Source: Clostridia bacterium
GTDB taxonomy: Bacteria; Bacillota; Clostridia; Oscillospirales; CAG-272
Assembly: GCA_017531925.1 (NCBI GenBank)
Contig: JAFXKD010000008.1
Location: 1 to 61,713 of the forward strand
Reading direction: 5' to 3'
Length of the DNA stretch: 61,713 nt
In this document: positions 29,293 to 38,380 of the stretch, piece after piece
How positions within the stretch are numbered: the stretch's first letter is position 1
Layout of the letters: every line of letters starts with the position of its first letter
The notes under the pieces: generated by a model
What the model was told of the DNA's origin: nothing
The model's database searches: none
What the model saw: the letters and a program-made list of their open reading frames with translations, nothing else
Program-made: the position numbers and the translations under genes

Positions 29293-32200
29293 TTATTTTA
29301 CGTAACCGCTGCATTCCATCTCCCAGAATGTTGTCCAACCTGTTGAACCGTGACTGGGAATTGTGAATCTTATTGCAGTTGCAGAAGCTCCATTAAGATC
29401 AAATGTCAACCAGTTCTGGTCGCCGACTACATTTACACGATCATTGAAATCTGCATCGGTTGCATTTATTACAGTAGTCCACTCTCCGTCAACAAGAACA
29501 TCGATCTGAAGTCCGGTTCCAAATTGTGTAAAACCTGATTTATTGTAATCATAAAGAAGAACTCTGAATTCGTGCAATTCGCATTCAGCCCCAAGATCGA
29601 CAGTTGCTTCAACCTTTCCGCCATTCTTCTTGCTTGAGAATCTTGAAGCAAGATCTCCGTCATTGATCTTGTTATAACCAAATGATGCGCTGTAAATATT
29701 GCCAGCTGCGTCCTCTGAAGGAGTTAATGCTTTGCCGGGAAGCAAATTATCATACCAGATAGGATCGGGAGCTGATTCTGCCTTAGCGCTGCATTCTATT
29801 TCCTCGAATGAAATGCCGTCACTTGATACTGCACCTGAAATATAGAATCTTACCTTTTCAGCAACAACGCCGTCCAAATTGAATTCCAGATAATCATTGT
29901 ATTCACCTTCCACAATCACGAGATGCTCGCATACGCTTGCATTGTCGGGACAGAAAACAACATCCTTCCACTCACCGTCTGCATAAACCTGAATAAGAAT
30001 ATCAGTACCAACGCTTGCCTTCTTTTTGTCCTCAGCTCTTCCTGCGGGCTCGTAGATATAGAACTTCAAGCTATTGAGCACGGTCGCGCCTCCAAGATCC
30101 AATGTAGAATCCATAAACGCAGAGATGCTCATTTTGGTTGAAAATCTTCCGGGAGCGTTATCAGCATTTCTGATACCGTCTGTAAGATCCTCATATCCGC
30201 CGCCCTTCCACCAGCTTGCTGCCAGAACCTCTGCCCTTGCAGCATCGGTAGGAACAAATTCCTTGCCTGCGAATATATTAGCTACGTCCGTAAAGCTCTC
30301 GGAGGAAACCTTAGTAAGTCCGCATACCTCGCACGTAACCGTTGTTTTGCCGTTTTCCGTTACACCTGCATCCCATGTGTGAGCGCCATTAGAATTAATA
30401 ACCTGCTGCTCTTTAAGAACCTCACCACATACTGTGCACTTTACACCGTCAGTTAAACCGGACTGAAGGCAGGTCGCCTCTTTACCGGGAATAATTTCTT
30501 CTGTATGAACATGCTCAACAAGCAACGCACCGCTACACTCGATCTCCTGGAATGTGATACCGGTTGTAGCTATAGCACCTGAAATATAAAATCTTATTTT
30601 TTCAGCAACTATTCCATCAAATGCGAACTCCAGATAATCGTTATCTAAGCCATCAACAACAGTAAGATGTTCACTCAAGCTTGCATTATCCTTGCAGTAA
30701 AATGCGTCATACCATTTACCGTCAGAGTAAACCTGAATAAGAATATCTCTACCTATATCTGCCTTTTTGCTTTCAAGAGTCTTGCTGTCCGATCTATCGT
30801 AGAGATAGAATCTTAACGTATCAAGCATATAGGATTCACCAAGATCTATGGTAGCATCCATAAATGCTGTCGTGTTATTCAACAGGGTGGAGAATCTTCC
30901 CTCCTGCTCCAGGTTTCTGATGCCGTCCGTAAGCTTATCGTATCCTCCGCCTGCAAACCAACCTGCTATCAATACCTGTGCCTGTGCTTCGGGAGTACCT
31001 ACAAATTGCTTATTATTAAATATATTTTCTGCGTTTTCAAGCTCGTTTGATACGACCTTGCATATACCGCAAACCTCACAGGTATGTGTTACCTTATTTA
31101 CAGAATCCACACCTGCATCCCACTTGTGACCGTTTGCGGGTACGTTCTCCTGAGGTACTGTTACCGTACCGCATACTGAGCATTTCTTACCCTCTGTAAG
31201 ACCTGTTGCCGTACAATTTGCAGATACTGCGGGAATAGCTTCTTCTGTATGAGGAAGCATTTCCGTTTCTTCCTGCGCTACGAGAGTTTCACCGCATACT
31301 GCACATTTCTTACCCTCTGTAAGACCTTTGCTTGTACATGTTGCAGATACGCCGGGAACGATTTCCTCTGTATGAGGAAGCTTTTGAACGGGTTTTGTTT
31401 CTCTGCTGATCTCCTCACCGCATTTGGAACACTTGATTACGCTATCGTAAGAGCCCTCCGCTGTGCAGGTAGGTGCCTTTTCGTTATCTCTTACAGCCTC
31501 TGCAGGAGTATGCTCTGTACATATATTTGTTTTACAAATATCGCACTTATAGTCGCCGTTGTCGTCCTTATGTCCGCTTGAAGGGATAACGTCCGTGTAT
31601 GTATCTCCGCAATTACACGTATATGTTTTAATACCCGTTTCTGTGCAGGTAGGTGCCTTTGTTTCTTCGCCTATATAAGAATGCTTGGAAGCTTCCTTCT
31701 GACATCCATAGTCGCAAAGGTGATCTTTATCTGTGTCAACATCACTGTGTACGCCCTGATATACGTCACATCCGTTGTCACAAACGTGGTCGGTGTTCTC
31801 GTCCTTATGAACAAGTGCATCGATATCCTCTGTATAGCTGCCGCCGCAATTACATGTAAATGTTCTTACACCCTTTACTTCACATTTCGGCTCGGTAGTT
31901 ACTACGCCCTCACCGTAATCGTGATCGGATGCAGGCTGATTACAGTAATCACAAAGGTGATCCTTGTCAGTTGTAACATCGCTGTGCTCGCCCTGATATA
32001 CGTCACATCCGTTGTCACAAACGTGGTCTGTGTTCTCGTCCTTATGTCCGAGAGGATCAATAGTTGTTTGCACTACAAGAACTTCGCCGCAAACAGAGCA
32101 TTTTTTGCAGTCTGTACTTCCTGATGATGTACATGTGGGCGCCTCTCCTTTTACTGTTTCTTCAGTGTGTCCCAAGGGCTCGCCTTCGGTCATGCCACAT

Positions 32201-32331
32201 TCAGAACAGGTTTTTGGTGTTGTACAGTCAGCATCTACCCATGTATGCTCATGCAACAAATCACAAGAGCTCAATGCCATGATAAATACACAAAGTACTG
32301 CGATCAACAACACGATACTTTTGGTTTTCAT
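29293..32331 (-). CDS. Non-catalytic lipoprotein: His/Cys-rich repeat stalk and three discoidin/CBM32-like modules
   Basis: Start MKTKS after AAGGAG; lipobox LSSC; HTEE..P...ATCT..GLT.GKKC.VCG repeats; three modules with (LT/IN)DG..GRF, DLG, RF, EIEC. Confidence 0.75.
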   Translation of the reverse strand: MKTKSIVLLIAVLCVFIMALSSCDLLHEHTWVDADCTTPKTCSECGMTEGEPLGHTEETVKGEAPTCTSSGSTDCKKCSVCGEVLVVQTTIDPLGHKDENTDHVCDNGCDVYQGEHSDVTTDKDHLCDYCNQPASDHDYGEGVVTTEPKCEVKGVRTFTCNCGGSYTEDIDALVHKDENTDHVCDNGCDVYQGVHSDVDTDKDHLCDYGCQKEASKHSYIGEETKAPTCTETGIKTYTCNCGDTYTDVIPSSGHKDDNGDYKCDICKTNICTEHTPAEAVRDNEKAPTCTAEGSYDSVIKCSKCGEEISRETKPVQKLPHTEEIVPGVSATCTSKGLTEGKKCAVCGETLVAQEETEMLPHTEEAIPAVSANCTATGLTEGKKCSVCGTVTVPQENVPANGHKWDAGVDSVNKVTHTCEVCGICKVVSNELENAENIFNNKQFVGTPEAQAQVLIAGWFAGGGYDKLTDGIRNLEQEGRFSTLLNNTTAFMDATIDLGESYMLDTLRFYLYDRSDSKTLESKKADIGRDILIQVYSDGKWYDAFYCKDNASLSEHLTVVDGLDNDYLEFAFDGIVAEKIRFYISGAIATTGITFQEIECSGALLVEHVHTEEIIPGKEATCLQSGLTDGVKCTVCGEVLKEQQVINSNGAHTWDAGVTENGKTTVTCEVCGLTKVSSESFTDVANIFAGKEFVPTDAARAEVLAASWWKGGGYEDLTDGIRNADNAPGRFSTKMSISAFMDSTLDLGGATVLNSLKFYIYEPAGRAEDKKKASVGTDILIQVYADGEWKDVVFCPDNASVCEHLVIVEGEYNDYLEFNLDGVVAEKVRFYISGAVSSDGISFEEIECSAKAESAPDPIWYDNLLPGKALTPSEDAAGNIYSASFGYNKINDGDLASRFSSKKNGGKVEATVDLGAECELHEFRVLLYDYNKSGFTQFGTGLQIDVLVDGEWTTVINATDADFNDRVNVVGDQNWLTFDLNGASATAIRFTIPSHGSTGWTTFWEMECSGYVK
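31752..32046 (-). repeat. Recent intragenic duplication, period 237 nt (79 aa)
   Basis: 31752-31809 matches 31989-32046 at 57/58 nt (HKDENTDHVCDNGCDVYQG). Confidence 0.85.
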
Positions 32332-32364
32332 AATTATTCTCCTTTTTTCATTTTTTATAATCCG

Positions 32365-32396
32365 CACGAAAGGATATATTGGGATATCCTTTCGTG
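32365..32396. other. Perfect 13-bp intergenic stem-loop without sense-strand U-tract
   Basis: CACGAAAGGATAT-ATTGGG-ATATCCTTTCGTG. Confidence 0.75.
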
Positions 32397-32407
32397 AATT
32401 ATCTGTT

Positions 32408-35400
32408 TTATTCTGCAGCTCCAACCGGCTTTGCGCTGCATTCTATCTCCTGGAATGAAATACCATCGCTTGATGCAGGACCCGAGATATAAAACCTAAC
32501 CTTTTCAGCAACAGCTCCATTGAGATCAAACTCCAAGTAATCGTTTGCAAGTCCTTCAACGATCACCAGATGCTCGCACAAGCTTGCATTATCAGCACAG
32601 GATATCAAATCGATCCATTCGCCGTTTGCGTATATCTGGATCAGCATATCCTTACCAACACTTGCCTTTTTGGATGCTTCGGTGCTCTTGCTTGCATCAT
32701 AAATATAAAATCTTAACGTGTCGAGCGCGTATGCCTGACCAAGATCTATAGTAGCATCCATAAATACATTAGTGTTGTTCATCCAAGTGGCGAATCTTCC
32801 CACCTGGTCCTCTGTTTTGATGCCGTCCGTAAGCTTATCGTATCCGCCGCCGGCAAACCAGCCTGCTATCAATACCTGCTCCTGTGCAGCATTAGTAGGA
32901 ACAAACTGCTTATTCTTAAATACGTTTTCGATAATGCTTGGATCCGCTATGGGACCGTCATTTGCTGAAGAATCAACCGCCGTAGAAGTTACTCCATAGC
33001 ACTCCATCTCATAGAGGGTGGTCCAACCGCTTTCCGTCTGACCGGGTATGGTAAACATAACCTTGCTTGCATAAACGTCAGCCATGTCAAATATCAACCA
33101 GTCTCCGACACCGCAGGGATTGTCAACAAGATACTGCTGCAAATCATCAATCGTCTCGCAATTCACTACGGTTGTCCAGGCTCCGTCAAAATAGACCTGA
33201 ATCTTAAGACCCGTACCGAATTTGCTCAATCCGTCCTTGTAAAGATAAATCTTAAATTCGGACAGGTTGTACACAGCTCCGAGATTCAAGGTCGCTTCTA
33301 CCTTGCCGCCGTTCAGCTTGCTTGAATATCTTCCTGAGGCTTCTTCGTAAATAATACCGTCGGTAAGCGTCTGATAACCGTAAGCAGTCTGGTACATATT
33401 ACCTGATGCGCTGCTCGAAGGAACAAAGGCCTTGCCGTCAAATACGTTAACGTATTCGATCTTTTCCTCACTTACTAAGCTGCCCGACAATGTGATCTCT
33501 CCTAAGTTAACCGTGCCGGAAGCGGTAATTCTCACCTTATTTGCCTTGTCGCCATTTACATCAAATACCAAGCATCCGCCGGAAAGGTATTTATTCGCCT
33601 CCTCCTTTGATTTGCAGGAAGCAATAACGTGCCATTCTCCGTTATAAAGTCTTTCTATCTTTAAGCTTTCGGGCACTGATACAGTACCGTCAAAATAGAT
33701 CCTGAGCTCGTCAAGTGAATAAACACCGCCGATATCGATATTTATCTTAAGAGCTGTGCCAAGATCGGTGTATTCGATCTTCTTACCGTTCAAGATATTG
33801 CTTGCATTGTTGCCGGGGGTAAGAGCCACAAGCTCACTTTCTTTACCCGTAAGCGCAGATACAAAGCTTATTGCATAAGATCTTGATGCATCATAAGTAG
33901 CAGCTATACTAAGACCTGACGCCTCTTTAACAAGACTGTATTCGCCGCCGTTTAACGATTTTGAATATAAGCGGATCTTGCCCGCAACTCCGTTATCAGC
34001 CGCCTTAACGTTCAACTTACCGTCTTCAACCGACCAGATAACAGATTCAAATTCAAAATCCAAAGAGATGGGGTTGGAATAGCAAAGAGTCCTCTTACTC
34101 TCCGCACCGTCATTATTCACAGCGGTAACGGCAAAGGTCTTTCTTACATTTTCCTTACCTTCTTCTGTCTTAAGTCTGAACGATGCTTCAGTAGTGCTGC
34201 CTACAAAAGTGTAGCAAGGATCGTTCTCGTAAGCCACATATACGTTATATCCTTTCGCACCGTCCACAGCTGTCCAGCTGAGATCAAATGTACCAAGATT
34301 TACTCTTGCAAAGCTGATATCCGCGGGCTTTTCTACAGCTGCGATCTTTCCGAAGCCGGTGATATAATATCTCTCTCCCTTTACGGTATCAAACGATATT
34401 ATGCTTCCGTTAAGCTCACAATCGACCTTGTCGCCCTTGGAATTATATACAGCAACATCGGCAAAGCCGGGATATTTAACGGATACTCTGCCTCCCTTGT
34501 TCGAAAGGAGGTTGATCTTATTTGCAACACCGTTTTCCCAAGAAACACTAACTTCATAGTTGCCTCTTGCTACCAATCCTGTATATGTACCCGTGTGCCA
34601 CTCTGCAGGAAGCGCGGGAAGTATTTCAACGAATTCCTCATCACTCTGGAGAAGCATCTCCGCGATAGCCGCGGTAGTACCGCTGCTCGCCTCGATCTGG
34701 AAGATCTTTCCGCAAACCATTAAAAGGTTCTCCAGCGTAGAGTTTCTCAGATTGCCCTCAAGCATATCAAGTGCCAGATCGCCTTCGCCGGCTCTTGCAT
34801 ACATTGCCTGCTTATGCGCCCAAGCCCAAGCAACTATACTTGCTTCATTAGTTGCGGTAGTTCCGTTGGGCCAATCCGTAAGTCCGTTATTTCTGCCTGC
34901 AAGCGAAACCAGCGCCGCATCCATCCAAGCGTCCGTTCCCGAATTGATAACGTTACCGGGATACAAGCCTACAAGCTGAGAAATATGTCTGTGGTTGGGA
35001 TTGCCGAGCGAACCGTAATAATCTTCCTCGCGGAATTCCTTTATCTGTCCCGACAAGCCAACGTTGATAGGATCGTATTTATCAATCTGCTCCATTATGG
35101 TGCTAAGTATCGAATAATCCTCGGATGAAAGCAATTCACTGTCGGTAAGATCAATACCAAGCTCCTTTGCGCATTGAAGTGCGCCGTAATTGTTTATATA
35201 AGCCAGAGTCTGCGCGTAAGCAGTACCTGTTGTATAATACCAAGCACCGTCAACATACATTTCGGGTGAATCGCAATATTCTACCAAATATTTACCGTCA
35301 TATTCCTTAACGCATTTGGTAACGAATCTTGCAGCATTAGCCAACACATCATATACGACCTGAAGCACCTTTTCGTCCTTGGTGTACTCATAATAATCGT

Positions 35401-36988
35401 AGAACAGCTGAGTCAAAAGACCAAGGTTTCCGCAGGAACGGTCGCTGCTGATAAAGAACGGATTACCGGAAACGCCCATAGTCCAACCGTTTCCGCCATC
35501 CTTGTTGTAAACACCCGGATTATGTGTAGCTATCACATTATCCGCATTCTTCTCTGCGATATTTATATACGCGTTATTATAATCAACATAGGGGATGAAG
35601 GTTTCCGCAAGGTTAGTACTGAAAACGTGCCAATAGTTCATTTGAATATTGATATTGCTCCAATATCCGCTTGTCCACGCAGGAACGTTATAGCAGTTCC
35701 AAACACCCTGTAGATTTGCAGGGAGAGATCCTTCCCTTGATGAAGCTATTATCAAATATCTGCCGTATTGGAATAACAGCGTATCGAGATAGTTACTGTG
35801 TACACCTGCATTATATCTTTCCAAAAGCTTATCCGTAGTAACAGAGTAATCTGCAGGATCGCAATTAAGATCGAGATCTACCCTTCCGAACAAGCTCTGA
35901 TAATCGCTGAGATGTCTTTCTTTCAAATAGTCATAAGCCTCTTCAAAAGCCATTTCATCTATTTCATCAGTCACGTAATAGAGCTGTCCCTTTATCTTTT
36001 TGCGTGTATCCTCAAGATTTGTGGTAGCAGTTTGCTTGATATGACTGTACTGACCGTTGGCAAAGTTCTCTTCGCAAAGCTCATAGTCAGTTCCATATGT
36101 AGCCACAATGATCGCGCTTGTAGCGTCCTCTACCCTGATAACACCATCCACATCCGTGATCACCTTGCCGTCGGAGTCGGTATAGGTGTGTTCGACTGTA
36201 TCTGCCACCATCGTTCCGCCGTTTGTATATACGCGATAGTATCCTGCGAAATCAACACCGTAATAGCCAAGAGTTCCGCTAAGCTCTATACAGCCAATAC
36301 CGTATTCAATACTTGAAACCACAGTTCCCTTCTTTGACAACCCGTCACCCGCAGTATCCATATAGCTTTGCTCAAACGGGATAGTGGGGCGAAGTGTAAA
36401 TGAAAGAGGGCCGTCCTGCGCATCAAGTCTTATAACAAGCACCTGGTCGGGATAAGAAACGAAGTATTCTCTTGAGTATGATGCACCGTCATAATCATAG
36501 GTCGTAGAAGCTATGGATGTTCTAAGATCGAGAGATCTCTGATAGTTACTTACATCCGATGATACGTGATCAAAATCAATATAGGTCTCTGAAAAATTGT
36601 TGAGACCCGCAACTTCGGGCCATGATGTAACACCGTTCACGACCTGTACCTTTTGCCACGGATTAGCCAAGGTCTTTTCGCTTATCTGTATTCTTTCGGT
36701 CTCAACACGTCCAAATACATTAGCGCCGAAATAACCGTTACCCAAGGGGATGGACCAGTTCTGCCAACCGATATCCTGTCCCGCCATCATCGTTGCCTTA
36801 GGAGAGCCTTCGTTTATAAAAGGTGCTTCTTCGTCATACCATAACTTCAACGGTATATTTTTAGCATTTACCGCATATTTATCCACTTTAACTCCTCCAT
36901 TTCCGTGATTTGGCAACGGACATGCCACCAAACACAACATTAACAACAGACATAAAGCCATTATTAACGATTGTTTCATTCTTTTCAT
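32408..36988 (-). CDS. GH95 (alpha-L-fucosidase/L-galactosidase family) lipoprotein with Fn3-like and discoidin-like modules
   Basis: Lipobox LVAC; PLGNG, YSREYFVSYPD, LFQYGRYL.IASSR.GSLPANLQGVWN, NINIQMNYW, SPE, HRHISQL.GLYPG, AEMLLQS; start MKRMKQ after AAAGGGG. Confidence 0.9.
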   Translation of the reverse strand: MKRMKQSLIMALCLLLMLCLVACPLPNHGNGGVKVDKYAVNAKNIPLKLWYDEEAPFINEGSPKATMMAGQDIGWQNWSIPLGNGYFGANVFGRVETERIQISEKTLANPWQKVQVVNGVTSWPEVAGLNNFSETYIDFDHVSSDVSNYQRSLDLRTSIASTTYDYDGASYSREYFVSYPDQVLVIRLDAQDGPLSFTLRPTIPFEQSYMDTAGDGLSKKGTVVSSIEYGIGCIELSGTLGYYGVDFAGYYRVYTNGGTMVADTVEHTYTDSDGKVITDVDGVIRVEDATSAIIVATYGTDYELCEENFANGQYSHIKQTATTNLEDTRKKIKGQLYYVTDEIDEMAFEEAYDYLKERHLSDYQSLFGRVDLDLNCDPADYSVTTDKLLERYNAGVHSNYLDTLLFQYGRYLIIASSREGSLPANLQGVWNCYNVPAWTSGYWSNINIQMNYWHVFSTNLAETFIPYVDYNNAYINIAEKNADNVIATHNPGVYNKDGGNGWTMGVSGNPFFISSDRSCGNLGLLTQLFYDYYEYTKDEKVLQVVYDVLANAARFVTKCVKEYDGKYLVEYCDSPEMYVDGAWYYTTGTAYAQTLAYINNYGALQCAKELGIDLTDSELLSSEDYSILSTIMEQIDKYDPINVGLSGQIKEFREEDYYGSLGNPNHRHISQLVGLYPGNVINSGTDAWMDAALVSLAGRNNGLTDWPNGTTATNEASIVAWAWAHKQAMYARAGEGDLALDMLEGNLRNSTLENLLMVCGKIFQIEASSGTTAAIAEMLLQSDEEFVEILPALPAEWHTGTYTGLVARGNYEVSVSWENGVANKINLLSNKGGRVSVKYPGFADVAVYNSKGDKVDCELNGSIISFDTVKGERYYITGFGKIAAVEKPADISFARVNLGTFDLSWTAVDGAKGYNVYVAYENDPCYTFVGSTTEASFRLKTEEGKENVRKTFAVTAVNNDGAESKRTLCYSNPISLDFEFESVIWSVEDGKLNVKAADNGVAGKIRLYSKSLNGGEYSLVKEASGLSIAATYDASRSYAISFVSALTGKESELVALTPGNNASNILNGKKIEYTDLGTALKINIDIGGVYSLDELRIYFDGTVSVPESLKIERLYNGEWHVIASCKSKEEANKYLSGGCLVFDVNGDKANKVRITASGTVNLGEITLSGSLVSEEKIEYVNVFDGKAFVPSSSASGNMYQTAYGYQTLTDGIIYEEASGRYSSKLNGGKVEATLNLGAVYNLSEFKIYLYKDGLSKFGTGLKIQVYFDGAWTTVVNCETIDDLQQYLVDNPCGVGDWLIFDMADVYASKVMFTIPGQTESGWTTLYEMECYGVTSTAVDSSANDGPIADPSIIENVFKNKQFVPTNAAQEQVLIAGWFAGGGYDKLTDGIKTEDQVGRFATWMNNTNVFMDATIDLGQAYALDTLRFYIYDASKSTEASKKASVGKDMLIQIYANGEWIDLISCADNASLCEHLVIVEGLANDYLEFDLNGAVAEKVRFYISGPASSDGISFQEIECSAKPVGAAE

Positions 36989-37152
36989 CGCTATTTCCCC
37001 TTTCCAAAATATATAATATTTTTCAAGAACACAAGACAACAGATCTGACAATCTGACAGTCATTTTTCCGTTTTTTATACACTAGCAGACGGGCATCTGC
37101 CTGTCCGCACAAAGACATGCCTTTATGAAAAGAAAAATTATTATAGATATAC

Positions 37153-37181
37153 TTGATTATACGACAGATTTGTGATATAAT
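37153..37181 (+). promoter_or_regulatory. Sigma-A promoter toward the second araC
   Basis: TTGATT-17bp-TATAAT with extended TG. Confidence 0.6.
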
Positions 37182-37333
37182 CAATGTATAAAGTACAAAG
37201 TTCATTGTAAAATCGTTCATTTATTATACACTTTCACAATATTACACAAAATTATACGCATCAATTTGTGCAATTTGTTATATTAACTTTTACCTTTTCA
37301 AACGATTTATACAAGCTGCAAAGGAGTATATGC

Positions 37334-38263
37334 ATGAGTGCAAACAGATTAGCAAATCATGATCATTATTATTACACCCACTCGGATTTTTTTAACAACT
37401 CATTGGATCTGGTCCATGCATTTTTGATGAGGGATTATGAAATAGGAATGCACGAGCAGGAGTTTTATGAGATCAATATCGTCACGAAGGGCAACGGCAT
37501 CCATTATATAGACAATAGCTGTGTCAACGCAAGCATGGGCGATGTCTTTATTATTCCTCCGAAAATCGGACACGGATACGTCGGCGGAAAAGATTTTGAC
37601 GTTTTTCACGTTATCCTCAGCGACAGCTTTATGAATAAATACATAGCCGATCTGCAGCAGCTCCCCTCATTTTATACTCTTTTCGGAGCAGAACCGTTGA
37701 TGAGAGGAAAAACGGTCTCTTCTTTGCATCTCACTCTCCCACGCGAGGAGCTTGAAACCACATTAAAGATCTTGAATGAAATTGAGTATTACAAAAAATA
37801 TAACGATCCCGTTGAATCCATGCTCAGAAACAGCTTTGCGATGGTCTCTATCGGTCTTTTGTGTAACGCTTACAGTACAAGCTACCCTAATGGCGATCCG
37901 CTTTTGGGCCAAGACCGTGCTTTAATGGAATCCATCTCTTTTATACACGAGCATTATTTTGAAAAGATCACCATAGAGGATCTGACACGTATAGCGCACA
38001 TGTCAAGATCTTCGTACATTAAAAAATTCAAAATGATATGTAAAATGCCGCCATCCGCTTATATCACAAAAATAAGGACGGAATCAGCCACGGTTATGCT
38101 TTTATCCACTGACATCTCCATTTCTGAGATTGCGGTACGCACTGGCTTTTATGATGCTTCTCACTTCATTAAGGCATTTGAAGGCATATATTCCAAATCT
38201 CCCGTTGCTTACAGAAACGAAAATGCCCAAGCCTCGCTCCACACAGCTCCTTCCTCAAAATAG
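37334..38263 (+). CDS. AraC-family regulator (RhaR/RhaS-like cupin)
   Basis: H.QEFYEI.IV.KG.G.H, GDVFIIPP...H; HTH GFYDASHF.K.F; ATG after AAGGAG. Confidence 0.92.
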   Translation: MSANRLANHDHYYYTHSDFFNNSLDLVHAFLMRDYEIGMHEQEFYEINIVTKGNGIHYIDNSCVNASMGDVFIIPPKIGHGYVGGKDFDVFHVILSDSFMNKYIADLQQLPSFYTLFGAEPLMRGKTVSSLHLTLPREELETTLKILNEIEYYKKYNDPVESMLRNSFAMVSIGLLCNAYSTSYPNGDPLLGQDRALMESISFIHEHYFEKITIEDLTRIAHMSRSSYIKKFKMICKMPPSAYITKIRTESATVMLLSTDISISEIAVRTGFYDASHFIKAFEGIYSKSPVAYRNENAQASLHTAPSSK

Positions 38264-38347
38264 TAGCAGACCTTATATCCGGTTTTCTGTGCTAAGACTC
38301 GGATAGTGAAGCTTGTAATAGAACCTGCTTAGAATCACATTCTCCGC

Positions 38348-38374
38348 AAAAAAAGGACACCAATCGGTGTCCTT
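38348..38374 (-). terminator. Intrinsic terminator of the GH13 gene
   Basis: AAGGACACC-AATC-GGTGTCCTT preceded by A7 on the plus strand. Confidence 0.8.
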
Positions 38375-38380
38375 CTGTTT

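Noticed and set aside
31170-32046. Repeats as a possible CRISPR array or DGR template/variable pair
   Set aside because: The repeats are in-frame coding units with periods that are multiples of three. There are no unique spacers, no adenine-specific mismatch pattern, and no cas or reverse transcriptase gene.
29293-32331. Cellulosome-like scaffoldin or multiheme cytochrome interpretation
   Set aside because: No cohesin or dockerin motifs are present. The Cys/His spacing is not CxxCH, and the modules look discoidin-like.
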